A stretch of 35,696 nucleotides of DNA, from the NCBI GenBank assembly GCA_047635955.1, contig JBLIGW010000003.1, positions 1-35,696 on the forward strand. Direction: 5' to 3'. The notes beneath the pieces are model-generated. The model ran no database searches and was not told the origin of the DNA. It worked only from the letters and a program-made list of their open reading frames with translations. Position numbers and translations under genes: made by a program. Shown here one piece after another: positions 10,645-20,483 of the stretch; the first letter of the stretch is position 1; the number at the start of each line of letters is the position of its first letter. This DNA comes from Oceanicoccus sp. Its GTDB lineage: Bacteria; Patescibacteriota; Gracilibacteria; UBA1369; 2-02-FULL-48-14.

Positions 10645-12702
10645 ATGGAACGGAATGAAGCCTCTAGACCAGAATACGAAGAAGATCAGTCTCAAATGAG
10701 TAAATCTGAGATTCATAAAACACGCATCAAAGGTGAAGCCCTTTATTCAAACATGCCCTCAGAAGAAGCAATCAAAGAGCGTGATGAGATTGTTGAACTA
10801 CTAGAAAGATACGACCGAGCCGTTCCTGGAGTCAACACCAAGGATTTTCGTAAAGAACTAAAACAAACAGGAAACAAACCTGCTGCACTTAATAAGCTCA
10901 AAAAGAAATTAGACCGCGTTGCCAACAATGAATGGCGGCGGCGAGCTGAAAATCACGAAGCCTACAACGCACCAGGTAAATTAGGACGCAAACTTAAATC
11001 TGAGATGATGAACCTTTGGAAGTCTTTCAAGGGACAAGACCTACTCAAAGGTGATTACAACAAATTCGAACTGCTCACTACGATGGATGAGACTTTGAAA
11101 GCCAAAGCTGAATTTGTTAAGCGTTACAAAAAACAATCACCCCTTGTAAGGAAGCTATACGAACAATCCATGGGAGAACTCGACTTCACAGGCAGCAAAG
11201 AAAAGCTTTTGGATAAAGTTCTTAAAATTGTTGGTGACCTCGAACACTCCCCACAGGCTATTCAAAAGGAGTTTAAAGAAAGAGCAAAGAAAATTCATGA
11301 TTCAGACAAACTTAAAGTCATGAAGGGACAACTCATCAAAGAATATGGTGAAATGGATACCAACTACGAAGCAAAAATCAGAAAAAATGAAGAATACTTT
11401 GGAGGTGAAACCGCTGACGAATTCATACAATGGTTTGGTGAACAAAAAACCTTTGCTCAGATGAAGTCCGCACTCAAGCTACTACCCAAATACATATCTG
11501 AACGAAAAGAAGAACACATTAAGATTGAAGGCCTTCTGAAAGATCTTCCTGAGAAAAAAGTAAAACAATTTAGAGAAATTGTGAATAAGCTAGGACTCAG
11601 TGAACGAAAACGATTCAGAAAAGAAACCCTTGAACCAGCCTTTAGAAGTGGAAATGTTTCAGTCGCAGAATATGAAGGTGAACTTTTAGCTGCCCATCAA
11701 GATCGTGTTCCTCTATATACGGTTGTTGAGAAAATACGCCTCGCCGCACGATTTAAAACACTGAAACCCGCGCAGCAAAAACAAGTACTCCTTGCTGAAC
11801 GCTTAAATATTGCCAGACGATCACAAGTCATTCGGCAGTACAAACGGCTACCCTTAACGCTTCGTGATGATCTTGCCTTTTACAAAGGAAATGCAATTGA
11901 TAGAGATGAACTTTTATTCAACGCACAAGAAAAACTAGCAGAAGGAAACACTATCAACCCTTTTGCACAACTTGAAAATGATGAACATTTAGATAATAAA
12001 CAAATTCGAGACATCAGCCAGGCAATTGATAGCAATGCTGGGCAAGAAGCACTTGATGACGCCTTCCATGAAGAAGTAGGTGAACGAGATCGTAAAAACA
12101 TTTCCAACGTAATCAACCTTGCGAAATGGAAAATGGAACACGCCCTTGAAGCTAATCAAAAAAATGAAACCCAAAAAGAAACTTTCGTTCGTGACTATGA
12201 ATCTTGGAAAGTTGGTCTAAGTGAAGGAGATCACCATAAAGATGCCAAGCTTGAAGAAGACTGGCTCAAAGGAAACAAAATTCGAGAATCTCAAATGGCT
12301 GAGAACATATATGAGAAAGGCTTCACAACTCACGCCAACTCTTCCGTTCATGAACGGCAAGATCTCAAACGAAGTGATCTTGTGGACCTCAAAGGTCAAA
12401 AAATCACTGAAGCCATGTCCATGGCCGACTACGATACAGACATTCACTTGGCTGAAAATGACGAAAAAGAACCTGTAGATGTAGCCGCAATGTTAGGAGA
12501 AGTAGTTGAAGAAATTGCAGAAAAAATGGCTAAAGAAATGATCGAAGGCCTTGCAAATCGAATCAATGCGACGGGAGGAAATCGTTCTGTTTTAATCAAT
12601 AGCCTTTCCTCAGCAAGAAACATGGAAAACATTAAAGATCAATTCTGGGACAACGAAATGGGAGAACGTGGTAAAGTACTAAGGAATAAAAAAGCCGCTT
12701 AA
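10645..12702 (+). CDS. Large helical/coiled-coil hypothetical protein
   Basis: Track ORF 10561..12702; ATG 10645 preferred because the TTG lies inside a hairpin. K/E-rich, no recognised domain. Confidence 0.75.
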   Translation: MERNEASRPEYEEDQSQMSKSEIHKTRIKGEALYSNMPSEEAIKERDEIVELLERYDRAVPGVNTKDFRKELKQTGNKPAALNKLKKKLDRVANNEWRRRAENHEAYNAPGKLGRKLKSEMMNLWKSFKGQDLLKGDYNKFELLTTMDETLKAKAEFVKRYKKQSPLVRKLYEQSMGELDFTGSKEKLLDKVLKIVGDLEHSPQAIQKEFKERAKKIHDSDKLKVMKGQLIKEYGEMDTNYEAKIRKNEEYFGGETADEFIQWFGEQKTFAQMKSALKLLPKYISERKEEHIKIEGLLKDLPEKKVKQFREIVNKLGLSERKRFRKETLEPAFRSGNVSVAEYEGELLAAHQDRVPLYTVVEKIRLAARFKTLKPAQQKQVLLAERLNIARRSQVIRQYKRLPLTLRDDLAFYKGNAIDRDELLFNAQEKLAEGNTINPFAQLENDEHLDNKQIRDISQAIDSNAGQEALDDAFHEEVGERDRKNISNVINLAKWKMEHALEANQKNETQKETFVRDYESWKVGLSEGDHHKDAKLEEDWLKGNKIRESQMAENIYEKGFTTHANSSVHERQDLKRSDLVDLKGQKITEAMSMADYDTDIHLAENDEKEPVDVAAMLGEVVEEIAEKMAKEMIEGLANRINATGGNRSVLINSLSSARNMENIKDQFWDNEMGERGKVLRNKKAA

Positions 12703-12704
12703 TT

Positions 12705-12995
12705 ATGCATATTGTTAAAGTTTGTACCGGGAAAGCATGCTCCAAAAACTTTGGAAATGAAAACTTGAAACGTGCCGAAAAAATGCTTGGCATCAAAGCT
12801 GGCGAGACAACAGCTGATGGGCATATTCACCTTGAGAGCACAGGATGTATCGGCTATTGCAGCCAAGCACCTAATGTTTATTTCGGGTCCGCTAGTCCAC
12901 TTTCTATGACTATGAATGATGGTACAGTTGAAAATAAAATATCGCCTCCAAGCTTAGAAAAAAAGCTTCAGAAACTTCAGGAAACTAACAACTAA
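12705..12995 (+). CDS. Thioredoxin-like (2Fe-2S) ferredoxin (NuoE-like)
   Basis: VC-x4-C ... GC-x3-C-x2-APN pattern. Confidence 0.85.
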   Translation: MHIVKVCTGKACSKNFGNENLKRAEKMLGIKAGETTADGHIHLESTGCIGYCSQAPNVYFGSASPLSMTMNDGTVENKISPPSLEKKLQKLQETNN

Positions 12996-13005
12996 CCCCC
13001 TTCCC

Positions 13006-13926
13006 ATGCCAGAAAAGTTACACGATCTCATTATTATTGGAGGTGGTTGCTCAGGACTTGGAGCCTCAATTTATGCTAGTCGTTTCAATATGGATGTACT
13101 CATCCTAACTGAAGGATTAGGTGGAACCATCACAACCACTCATTTAGTAGAAAATTATCCTGGATTCATTTCTCTTACTGGACAAGAGTTAGCAGACAAC
13201 TTGATTGAACATGCCAAAGCGAATGATGTGAAATGGGAGATTGGGAACCGAGTCACAAAAATCACTAAAGAAGGTGACGTATTCAAACTTCTTTATGGAA
13301 ACGAAGAATATCAAGCCAGAACTGTTCTTATCGCAACAGGAACCACTTACCGAAAATTAGGAATCCCTGGTGAAGCTGAATTATCATCAAAAGGAGTTTC
13401 TTATTGTGCCACTTGTGATGGAGGATTTTTCAAAGGGAAAAGAACCATCATGGTTGGAGGCGGAGATAGCGCTGTAAAAGAATCTCTTGTTTTAGCCACT
13501 CACGCCGCTCATGTAACCATTGTTTACCGAGGTGCAAAAATCACAAAAGCCGAACCGATCAATATGAAACGAATGGAAGCCACTGAAAATATTGATGTAA
13601 AACTAAGCACCAACATTGTTGAAATTCTCGGCGACAAGGTAGTTACCGGAGTTAAGTTTGATGATGGAACAAGCATGGATATTGATGGGGTTTTCATTGA
13701 AGTAGGACGAATTCCACTCACTCAAATGGTAGACGAGCTTGGAGTTGAAAAGAATAAAAAAGGTGAGATTATTATTGATCACATGAGTCAAACTAACGTT
13801 CCAGGTTTTTACTGTGCCGGTGACGTTTCAGACACAGAGTGGAAACAAGCAGTGGTTGGAGTAGCTGAAGGTTGTAAAGCCTCATACTCTGCCTTTGAAT
13901 TTGTTTCAGCACAAAAGCTAGCTTGA
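13006..13926 (+). CDS. trxB: Thioredoxin reductase
   Basis: IIGGG FAD motif, ENYPG, GVSYCATCDG, VGGGDSA, AGDV. Confidence 0.93.
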   Translation: MPEKLHDLIIIGGGCSGLGASIYASRFNMDVLILTEGLGGTITTTHLVENYPGFISLTGQELADNLIEHAKANDVKWEIGNRVTKITKEGDVFKLLYGNEEYQARTVLIATGTTYRKLGIPGEAELSSKGVSYCATCDGGFFKGKRTIMVGGGDSAVKESLVLATHAAHVTIVYRGAKITKAEPINMKRMEATENIDVKLSTNIVEILGDKVVTGVKFDDGTSMDIDGVFIEVGRIPLTQMVDELGVEKNKKGEIIIDHMSQTNVPGFYCAGDVSDTEWKQAVVGVAEGCKASYSAFEFVSAQKLA

Positions 13927-14027
13927 TCAAATAATTTGTTCAAATGTTAGGCAAGAAAGGCATTATACGTCTAGGTATAGTGCCTTTTCAACAAGTAAAA
14001 TTTGTGAAAAAATGGTGAGCCACAATT

Positions 14028-15005
14028 ATGAAACAAGACCCCCCTACCATTCCACTCAATGCATTTGAACAAGCAAAAAACTTGATTTTTTCAGCTAAGA
14101 AGATATTGATTATTTCACACGCTAGTCCTGATGCAGACGCCATTGGCGCCAATCTAGCCTTGCGTGAAGTCCTAGAACGATTAGGGAAAAATGTGGACTC
14201 TGCCTGCATAGATCCGCCCCCAGAAAACTGCCTTTTCCTTCCAAAAGCTGAATCCTTTATTCAAAAAATTCAGCCTCATGACTATGACTTACTTATTAGT
14301 GTAGATTGCGGTGGTCACAAAGTACTTGGCTTTCACAAAGAACATCCTGAGATACTAGATAGAAACAAAACCACTCTCATTAATTTTGACCACCATCCCA
14401 GTAACGATCACTTTGGAAGTGTAAATATTGTGATGGATGAAACTCCTTCAACCTGCTTCATTCTATATCTATTTTTTGGCTACTGCTCCTGGGAAATCAG
14501 TCCAAGTATGGCCACAGCCATGCTCCATGGACTCTATTACGACACAGGGTCATTTATGCACTCAAATACAGACGCAACCACCTTACGAGTGGCAGGTCGT
14601 TTGAAATCACTAGGTGGAACACATGAAATTTGTGTTAAAAAACTGTTCCACTCCACCACACTGAATCAACTCAAATTATGGGGACGTGTGCTTAGCCGCA
14701 TGCACTTCAATGAAAAAAACGCCGTTGTCTCGGCTATACGCTCTGAAGATTACCTCGCTACTGGATGTAAGTTTGAAGACCTTTCAGGGCTAATAAACTA
14801 CCTAAACCAAGTTCCTGAAGCTAAATTCACTATGCTTCTCACCGAAGACATGAAAGGAAACATCAAAGGTTCACTCCGAACTCAAAATGACGACATCAAT
14901 CTTTCCAAAATTGCTGGATTATTTGGGGGTGGAGGTCACAAAAAAGCAGCTGGATTCACCATTCCAGGAAAACTACAAACTCGAACCCAGTGGAAAGTCA
15001 TTTAG
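14028..15005 (+). CDS. nrnA: DHH/DHHA1 phosphoesterase (NrnA-like nanoRNase/pAp phosphatase)
   Basis: H..PDADAIG, VDCG, DHH, DTGSF, GGGGHKKAAG. Confidence 0.88.
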   Translation: MKQDPPTIPLNAFEQAKNLIFSAKKILIISHASPDADAIGANLALREVLERLGKNVDSACIDPPPENCLFLPKAESFIQKIQPHDYDLLISVDCGGHKVLGFHKEHPEILDRNKTTLINFDHHPSNDHFGSVNIVMDETPSTCFILYLFFGYCSWEISPSMATAMLHGLYYDTGSFMHSNTDATTLRVAGRLKSLGGTHEICVKKLFHSTTLNQLKLWGRVLSRMHFNEKNAVVSAIRSEDYLATGCKFEDLSGLINYLNQVPEAKFTMLLTEDMKGNIKGSLRTQNDDINLSKIAGLFGGGGHKKAAGFTIPGKLQTRTQWKVI

Positions 15006-15343
15006 AAAATTGCTGTGAGCTTCCCAACAATAGAGTCATAAGGCAACCACAATTCAATACTCTCATCTTTATTAATACCCTCTAAATAAATTCGAGGCCC
15101 TCTCAGTTGAACAATTTTTTTGATCAAGAATTTACCCTCACCACCCACCACAACGACATCCCCAAGCTTGTACAACTTTTTTGTTCGAACTAGAATGTGC
15201 TGATAAGGCTGAATAAGAGGCACCATCGAGTGCCCCTTAATCTTAAAATGTTTTCGCCGTCTAAATGCCCAGGCTATTCCCTCACTGAGGGTTAGCGAGT
15301 ACCCATTCAACTTCTCGTCCTTTTGTGGCCCAAAATATGTCAT
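15002..15343 (-). CDS. sodX: Nickel SOD maturation protease (S26 family); start uncertain
   Basis: GHSMVP catalytic Ser, GDVVV, LIKK Lys, G-N...S; directly downstream of and overlapping sodN. Confidence 0.8.
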   Translation of the reverse strand: MTYFGPQKDEKLNGYSLTLSEGIAWAFRRRKHFKIKGHSMVPLIQPYQHILVRTKKLYKLGDVVVVGGEGKFLIKKIVQLRGPRIYLEGINKDESIELWLPYDSIVGKLTAIF

Positions 15344-15749
15344 GAATTTGTTTAACGTAGTCCATCAAGTGATCCGCATGATGCATAGAAATCTCTACCT
15401 TACAGGCACTAGCTTCTTTTGTAGCTTTCCAAATAAGATCATGAAGCTCAGGGTATTTTTCCAAATGCACTGGCTTAAAGTAGTCAGTCCAAAGAACCAG
15501 GATATGTTCTTTAGTTTCATGCGCTTGCTCCTCTTTAATTTTGATGTATCTAGCAAGTGTATTGTGATAAGCCACGTAAGCTTCTTTATCTGACTGATTT
15601 GCAGGCTCAAGTGCTAAGATCTTCTTAGTCATTGAAAGCACCGCTTCTGCTGTAATTCGAGCAGATGCTGGATCATAAATCCCACAAGGTCCATCACAAT
15701 GAGCATGTGCAATTGGAGCATCAAAAGATTTAATAAGTTTTTTAAACAT
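15282..15749 (-). CDS. sodN: Nickel superoxide dismutase precursor
   Basis: Ni-hook HCDGPCGIYDP after a short propeptide; LWTDYFK motif. Confidence 0.96.
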   Translation of the reverse strand: MFKKLIKSFDAPIAHAHCDGPCGIYDPASARITAEAVLSMTKKILALEPANQSDKEAYVAYHNTLARYIKIKEEQAHETKEHILVLWTDYFKPVHLEKYPELHDLIWKATKEASACKVEISMHHADHLMDYVKQIHDIFWATKGREVEWVLANPQ

Positions 15750-15822
15750 TTTCAAGGTGTTATAATAGGAATGATTATCAATTGTAGAGTATCACCTCTT
15801 AAGCAAACTAACCAAGCACATA

Positions 15823-16284
15823 ATGAATATCGGCGACATGATTCCTGACATCAAACTTCCCTCTTCAAGCGGAAAAGAAGTTTCACTGCATGACTTCAAA
15901 GGTAAAAATATTATTCTTTATTTCTATCCCAAAGACGACACACCAGGCTGCACTAAAGAAGCTTGCGAGTTTAGGGATAGCCACTCTGACTTTAGTGATC
16001 TCAATGCCGTGGTTATTGGAGTAAGTAAAGACCCACTGGCTAAACATGAAAAATTCATTAATAAGTATGAACTTCCTTTTGAACTTCTTGCTGATGAAAA
16101 GTTTGAACTACTCAAAGCCTTTGATGCATGGAAAGAAAAAAGTATGTTTGGGAAAAAATACATGGGAATCGTTCGTAGTACCTTCCTTATTAATGAAGAA
16201 GGAAAACTTGTAAAAGAATGGAAAAAGGTAAAAGTTACCGATCATGTGAAAGAAGTACTTGAGGCTCTTCAAGAACTCAGGTAA
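15823..16284 (+). CDS. bcp: Peroxiredoxin Bcp/PrxQ
   Basis: YFYPKDDTPGCTKEACEFRD and GIVRSTFLI. Confidence 0.95.
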   Translation: MNIGDMIPDIKLPSSSGKEVSLHDFKGKNIILYFYPKDDTPGCTKEACEFRDSHSDFSDLNAVVIGVSKDPLAKHEKFINKYELPFELLADEKFELLKAFDAWKEKSMFGKKYMGIVRSTFLINEEGKLVKEWKKVKVTDHVKEVLEALQELR

Positions 16285-16323
16285 TTTTGATGTAAAGAAA
16301 ACCACTTAAATAAACCACGCCTT

Positions 16324-17781
16324 ATGAAACTTTCGCTTGCCGAGAAATCGTCTAACGTTGACGTTCTCTTTATCCTTATGGAAAAAGATGGAAAACTATC
16401 ACCTGCTGCTAAATCAGCATTAGGAACCGCAGCAAAAGATGCTGAAGCCCGTATCAAAGCAAAAGATTTTGAAGGAGCAGAAGGTTCAAGCCTCGCCCTA
16501 TATGGAGATGGAAAACTATTCAAACGTGCCTACCTTGTAGGAACAGGTGAAGAGGAAAAACACCTACCTCAAGCCATGGAAAAACTTGGAGGAAGCATTG
16601 CTGGACTTACAAAAGGAGCCAAAGCTAAGAAAATTGCAATACTAGTAGAGTCACAACATCTTGCTGATATTGCACATGGAGTCGTTCTTGGGAACTACTC
16701 ATTTGATCGATACAAGAAAAAAGACAAGCAAGCCGTTGAGCTCAAACAAGTTGAATTCATCAACAAAGTTAACGCAGAAAACAAAGGAGTAATCAGTAAC
16801 GCTAATGTCTTTGCAGCAGCGTCACCCCTCACTAGAGACCTAGTGAACATACCTGCAGGAGATCTCACCACTAAAGATCTAGCCAATGCAGCCAAAACAC
16901 TTGGGGGGGAATATGGAATGAAAATTAAAATTTTAAACCACGTGCAACTTGCTAAATTAGGTTGTGGTGCACTCGTAGGAGTGGGACAAGGCGCTGAAGA
17001 AAAATCCAAACTCGTATTCATTGAATACAAGCACAAGAGTAAATCTAAAGTTCCTAATATTGCCTTCATTGGGAAAGGAGTTGTATTTGATACCGGAGGA
17101 CTCAACCTTAAGCCAACTGGTTACATGGAAACCATGAAACAAGATATGGCAGGAGCTGCTACAGTTCTTGGAGCTATGCAAGCCATCGCTGAAGCAAAAC
17201 TCAGTGGTCACTACCTTGGAGTACTTAGTTGCGCCGAAAATGCAGTATCAGAAGGCGCTCAACGACCTGGCGACGTAGTTACAGCATACAATGGTAAAAC
17301 CATTGAAATTACAAATACAGACGCAGAAGGACGACTATGTCTTGCCGATGCTATCGCTTACACAGAAAAGAACTACAAACCTAAAGTAATGATTGATATT
17401 GCTACCCTTACCGGAGCAGTTAGTGTTGCCCTCGGACACCACATCACAGGTGTAATGGGAAATAACAAAAAACTCATGAAAGAAGTACTCGCTTCTTCTG
17501 AAGCCACACACGAACGTTCATGGGAGCTCCCTCTAACTGAAGATTTTGTAAAAGCCACCAAAGGTGAATTCACAGATCTAAAAAACTCAACAAGTGGAGT
17601 TAGAGCAGGATCAAGCATGGGAGGTGCTTTCCTTAAGAACTTTGTTAAAGACACCCCATGGGCTCACTTTGACATTGGAGGAACTGCTTGGGCAGACAAG
17701 CCAAGTAGCACAACAGAGTACGGTGCTACAGCAGCCGCACTACGAACCTTCCTTGAACTAGCTAGACGACACCAAGGATAA
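16324..17781 (+). CDS. pepA: Leucyl aminopeptidase (M17)
   Basis: GKGVVFDTGG, MKQDMAGAA, NTDAEGRL, DIATLTGA. Confidence 0.96.
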   Translation: MKLSLAEKSSNVDVLFILMEKDGKLSPAAKSALGTAAKDAEARIKAKDFEGAEGSSLALYGDGKLFKRAYLVGTGEEEKHLPQAMEKLGGSIAGLTKGAKAKKIAILVESQHLADIAHGVVLGNYSFDRYKKKDKQAVELKQVEFINKVNAENKGVISNANVFAAASPLTRDLVNIPAGDLTTKDLANAAKTLGGEYGMKIKILNHVQLAKLGCGALVGVGQGAEEKSKLVFIEYKHKSKSKVPNIAFIGKGVVFDTGGLNLKPTGYMETMKQDMAGAATVLGAMQAIAEAKLSGHYLGVLSCAENAVSEGAQRPGDVVTAYNGKTIEITNTDAEGRLCLADAIAYTEKNYKPKVMIDIATLTGAVSVALGHHITGVMGNNKKLMKEVLASSEATHERSWELPLTEDFVKATKGEFTDLKNSTSGVRAGSSMGGAFLKNFVKDTPWAHFDIGGTAWADKPSSTTEYGATAAALRTFLELARRHQG

Positions 17782-17792
17782 GAATAAACTTT

Positions 17793-17824
17793 AAAAAGAG
17801 TCACTCACTGAGTGGCTCTTTTTT
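17793..17824. terminator. Bidirectional intrinsic terminator
   Basis: AAAAAGAGTCACTCA-C-TGAGTGGCTCTTTTT between convergent genes. Confidence 0.85.
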
Positions 17825-17827
17825 ATA

Positions 17828-18979
17828 CTATAGAGATAACATTTCTTCATATTCTTTCTCATAGATATGAACGAGGGTAATAGTCAACGTCAATATGATT
17901 GGCCCATAAATAATTCCCTTCAAACCAAAGATCAAGATACCTCCAATCACAACCAAGAAAGTAGCTAAGGAGTGCATTTTAGTTTGACCTCCAATCAAGA
18001 AAGGACGCACAATATTATCAACTGAGGACACCACCATCAACCCCCACACGACGAGGAAGCCTGCCAGCCAGTATTCACCAGTAATGGCAATAGAAGCCGC
18101 AATAGGTAACCAAATCACGGTAGCACCAACATAAGGAATCAATGAGGCAAAGGCCATCATAGTTCCCCATAAAAATACATTTTCAACTCCAACAATTGCA
18201 AAACCAATTCCACCAGCCAAACCTTGAATCAAGGCTGTACCAAAATTTCCAACCACAACACCATAAGTACTCTCTTTTAACTTAGATTCAATTTCATTTT
18301 CATATTTTGAAGGCAATGGACTAATTTTCTTTGCATATTCTTTAAGTATATCTCCATCTTTAAAGAAGTAGAAAACCGTCATCAAAAAGATAAACATCTG
18401 CGCTACTCCATCACTAAAGCCTTTAAAGAAAGCTCCTGCTGAACCAACAATAAATCCAGTCACACTCTCAGCTGTATTTTTCAGAATACTCACCAAATCT
18501 AATTCATAATCTTGAACAAATTGATTCAAACCATATCTGTTAGAAAAATCACTCAGCCATTGCCCCACCCAAGGTAAATCAGCCAAACCGTAAATACTTT
18601 GAATATCAACTGTATTCAACTTGTGTTCAATAATCACATAAGAAGAAACCGCTTCCTGTACAAGGAAAATAGATAAAAGCACCAAAGGAACTAAAAGGAG
18701 CAACATTACAAAAAGTGTTGAGATAAAGGCAACAATATTTCTATGATCACCAAGCTTAGAGCTCAACCAAGTTCGAACAGGATAGAAAACAACTGAAACT
18801 AATAATGCAAAAATTAGCGTGTCAAAAAATGGTGAGACCACCCATAGAAACAAGCCCCCTACACCAAGAATAGCGATAACAAAAAAGTACCGTGCAAAAT
18901 GTGGCAGAACCAAATTAAGATTAACTTCTTTCTTTCTTGAAGAACGAACTTTACGGACTTTCTTTTTAGCAGGTGACAT
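17828..18979 (-). CDS. AI-2E family transporter
   Basis: Multi-TM protein with IPYVG, DNIVRP, GILIFG..G..YGP signature. Confidence 0.9.
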   Translation of the reverse strand: MSPAKKKVRKVRSSRKKEVNLNLVLPHFARYFFVIAILGVGGLFLWVVSPFFDTLIFALLVSVVFYPVRTWLSSKLGDHRNIVAFISTLFVMLLLLVPLVLLSIFLVQEAVSSYVIIEHKLNTVDIQSIYGLADLPWVGQWLSDFSNRYGLNQFVQDYELDLVSILKNTAESVTGFIVGSAGAFFKGFSDGVAQMFIFLMTVFYFFKDGDILKEYAKKISPLPSKYENEIESKLKESTYGVVVGNFGTALIQGLAGGIGFAIVGVENVFLWGTMMAFASLIPYVGATVIWLPIAASIAITGEYWLAGFLVVWGLMVVSSVDNIVRPFLIGGQTKMHSLATFLVVIGGILIFGLKGIIYGPIILTLTITLVHIYEKEYEEMLSL

Positions 18980-19004
18980 AATGGAGTGTTATAGACTCAC
19001 TATA

Positions 19005-19847
19005 TCATGCTGATTTTCCTGCCGCCATATTTTCAGCATATTCCCGCAATGTTGCTCGAACTGCATCTTCAGCAGGTCGCATATGAACACCTTCAGCTTC
19101 TAGCTTTTGAGCGGAAAGGCCACAGTTAGATCGACGAGCTTTTGTGATCTTATGCATCTCTTCAACAGAAAAGACCTCATATTTAAAGCTTGGATCAACC
19201 AACTCAGTATATATGTCTAGAATAGTCGCATGATCAATAGTCCCAGGGTTCGTCATATTATAAATTCCTGTTGCTCTCTTTTCAATTAAAGCATCCGCTG
19301 CATTTAAGAAGTCTTCCATCACAGAAATAGAATTCTGAATATTAATCACCTTTTCATATTTCGTTATTTTAGTCACAAAGTTACGAGGACCAGGCATCCC
19401 ATCAAGTGGCATACGTAAGCGCAATTGAAGAACAGGTAGCTCTTTCAAACTAGCCTCACTCCAGGCCTTAGTTCGTGAATAAAAGCTCCCATCAAAATTA
19501 GGTTCATCATCTTCAGCAAAACCTTTTCCTTCATTGTAGCCATCATAAACACAACCACTTCCCACATGAACCATGTACACATCTGTATCAATACAAGCTT
19601 GAGCCAAAATAAGAGGTGCCGTAACATTCGAAGTCAAAGTTTCCATTTTATTATCCTCACACCAATCGACATTAGGCCGACCCGTTTTACCCACGCAGTT
19701 AATCACAACATCAGGTGCTTGAGCCTCAATTTCAGCTTTCACAGCTGAGTAATCCTGAATACGCAGATCAGAGATCACCGCACTATCTTCAAAATGCGCC
19801 AAAAAATGATGCGCCACATAACCCTTACCAAAAATGAGAACTTTCAT
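19005..19847 (-). CDS. dTDP-4-dehydrorhamnose reductase-like protein (3,5-epimerase/4-reductase type)
   Basis: GKGYV, GKTGRPNVDWCE, GSGCVY, FYSRTK, LRLRMP. Confidence 0.85.
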   Translation of the reverse strand: MKVLIFGKGYVAHHFLAHFEDSAVISDLRIQDYSAVKAEIEAQAPDVVINCVGKTGRPNVDWCEDNKMETLTSNVTAPLILAQACIDTDVYMVHVGSGCVYDGYNEGKGFAEDDEPNFDGSFYSRTKAWSEASLKELPVLQLRLRMPLDGMPGPRNFVTKITKYEKVINIQNSISVMEDFLNAADALIEKRATGIYNMTNPGTIDHATILDIYTELVDPSFKYEVFSVEEMHKITKARRSNCGLSAQKLEAEGVHMRPAEDAVRATLREYAENMAAGKSA

Positions 19848-19875
19848 ATGAATTTATTATTTCACCAAGAATAAC

Positions 19876-19901
19876 AAAAAGAGACCCGCAAGGCGAGCCT
19901 C
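19876..19901 (-). terminator. Intrinsic terminator of the thioredoxin lipoprotein gene
   Basis: Minus strand GAGGCTCGC-CTT-GCGGGTCTC followed by TTTTT. Confidence 0.7.
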
Positions 19902-19919
19902 TCCCATTTACACATTCAA

Positions 19920-20417
19920 CTATTGCAGAAAATCTTCAAAATTAGCTTCTCGGAAAAGTCCTGGACCAAGAGTGTCATAGTCCGTTACATCACCTCCAAA
20001 AATTAAAACATACGTAGATTGAGCCACTACTTTAAATTCAGCCTGAAGTTCAGCTGATTCATCATAATCAACGGTGAAGGCCACAAAACTTTCTGAATCA
20101 ACTCCAGCAAGTGCTGCCACTAAAGGATCATGATTGGCCACACACGTTGGACACCAGCTTGCATAAAAATCTAAGAAAACATCCTTCCCTTCAGCCAGTG
20201 CCGCTTCATAAGCTGCTTGAGTAAACTCTTGAAGAACCACACCAGAAACCATTTCTGATTCCGTTTCAGTCACTTCTGTTTCCTCCACTTCTGTTTCCAT
20301 CACTTCCTCATTAGTATCCGTTGAGTCCAGAACTTCTTCAACTTCAACAGGTGGAGTCGTGCAAGCAGAAAAAACAAGTGCTCCGAAAAGTAAAAAACTT
20401 AATGTTTTGATATTCAT
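19920..20417 (-). CDS. Thioredoxin-family lipoprotein
   Basis: Lipobox FSAC, acidic linker, FYASWCPTC. Confidence 0.88.
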   Translation of the reverse strand: MNIKTLSFLLFGALVFSACTTPPVEVEEVLDSTDTNEEVMETEVEETEVTETESEMVSGVVLQEFTQAAYEAALAEGKDVFLDFYASWCPTCVANHDPLVAALAGVDSESFVAFTVDYDESAELQAEFKVVAQSTYVLIFGGDVTDYDTLGPGLFREANFEDFLQ

Positions 20418-20483
20418 AAATGAATTAATTATTAATTATAGAATGATTATACCCTGAACTAAGTCAAAACTCAGTAGCCTAAG

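Noticed and set aside
13006-15749. Genetic code 25 (TGA=Gly) as in Gracilibacteria/Absconditabacteria
   Set aside because: Gly-rich genes are full length under code 11, and trxB and sodN end at TGA at the expected lengths.
20454-20468. Crp/Fnr site (TTTGA-N6-TCAGG) upstream of the thioredoxin lipoprotein
   Set aside because: Only the minimal core matches; too weak to call.
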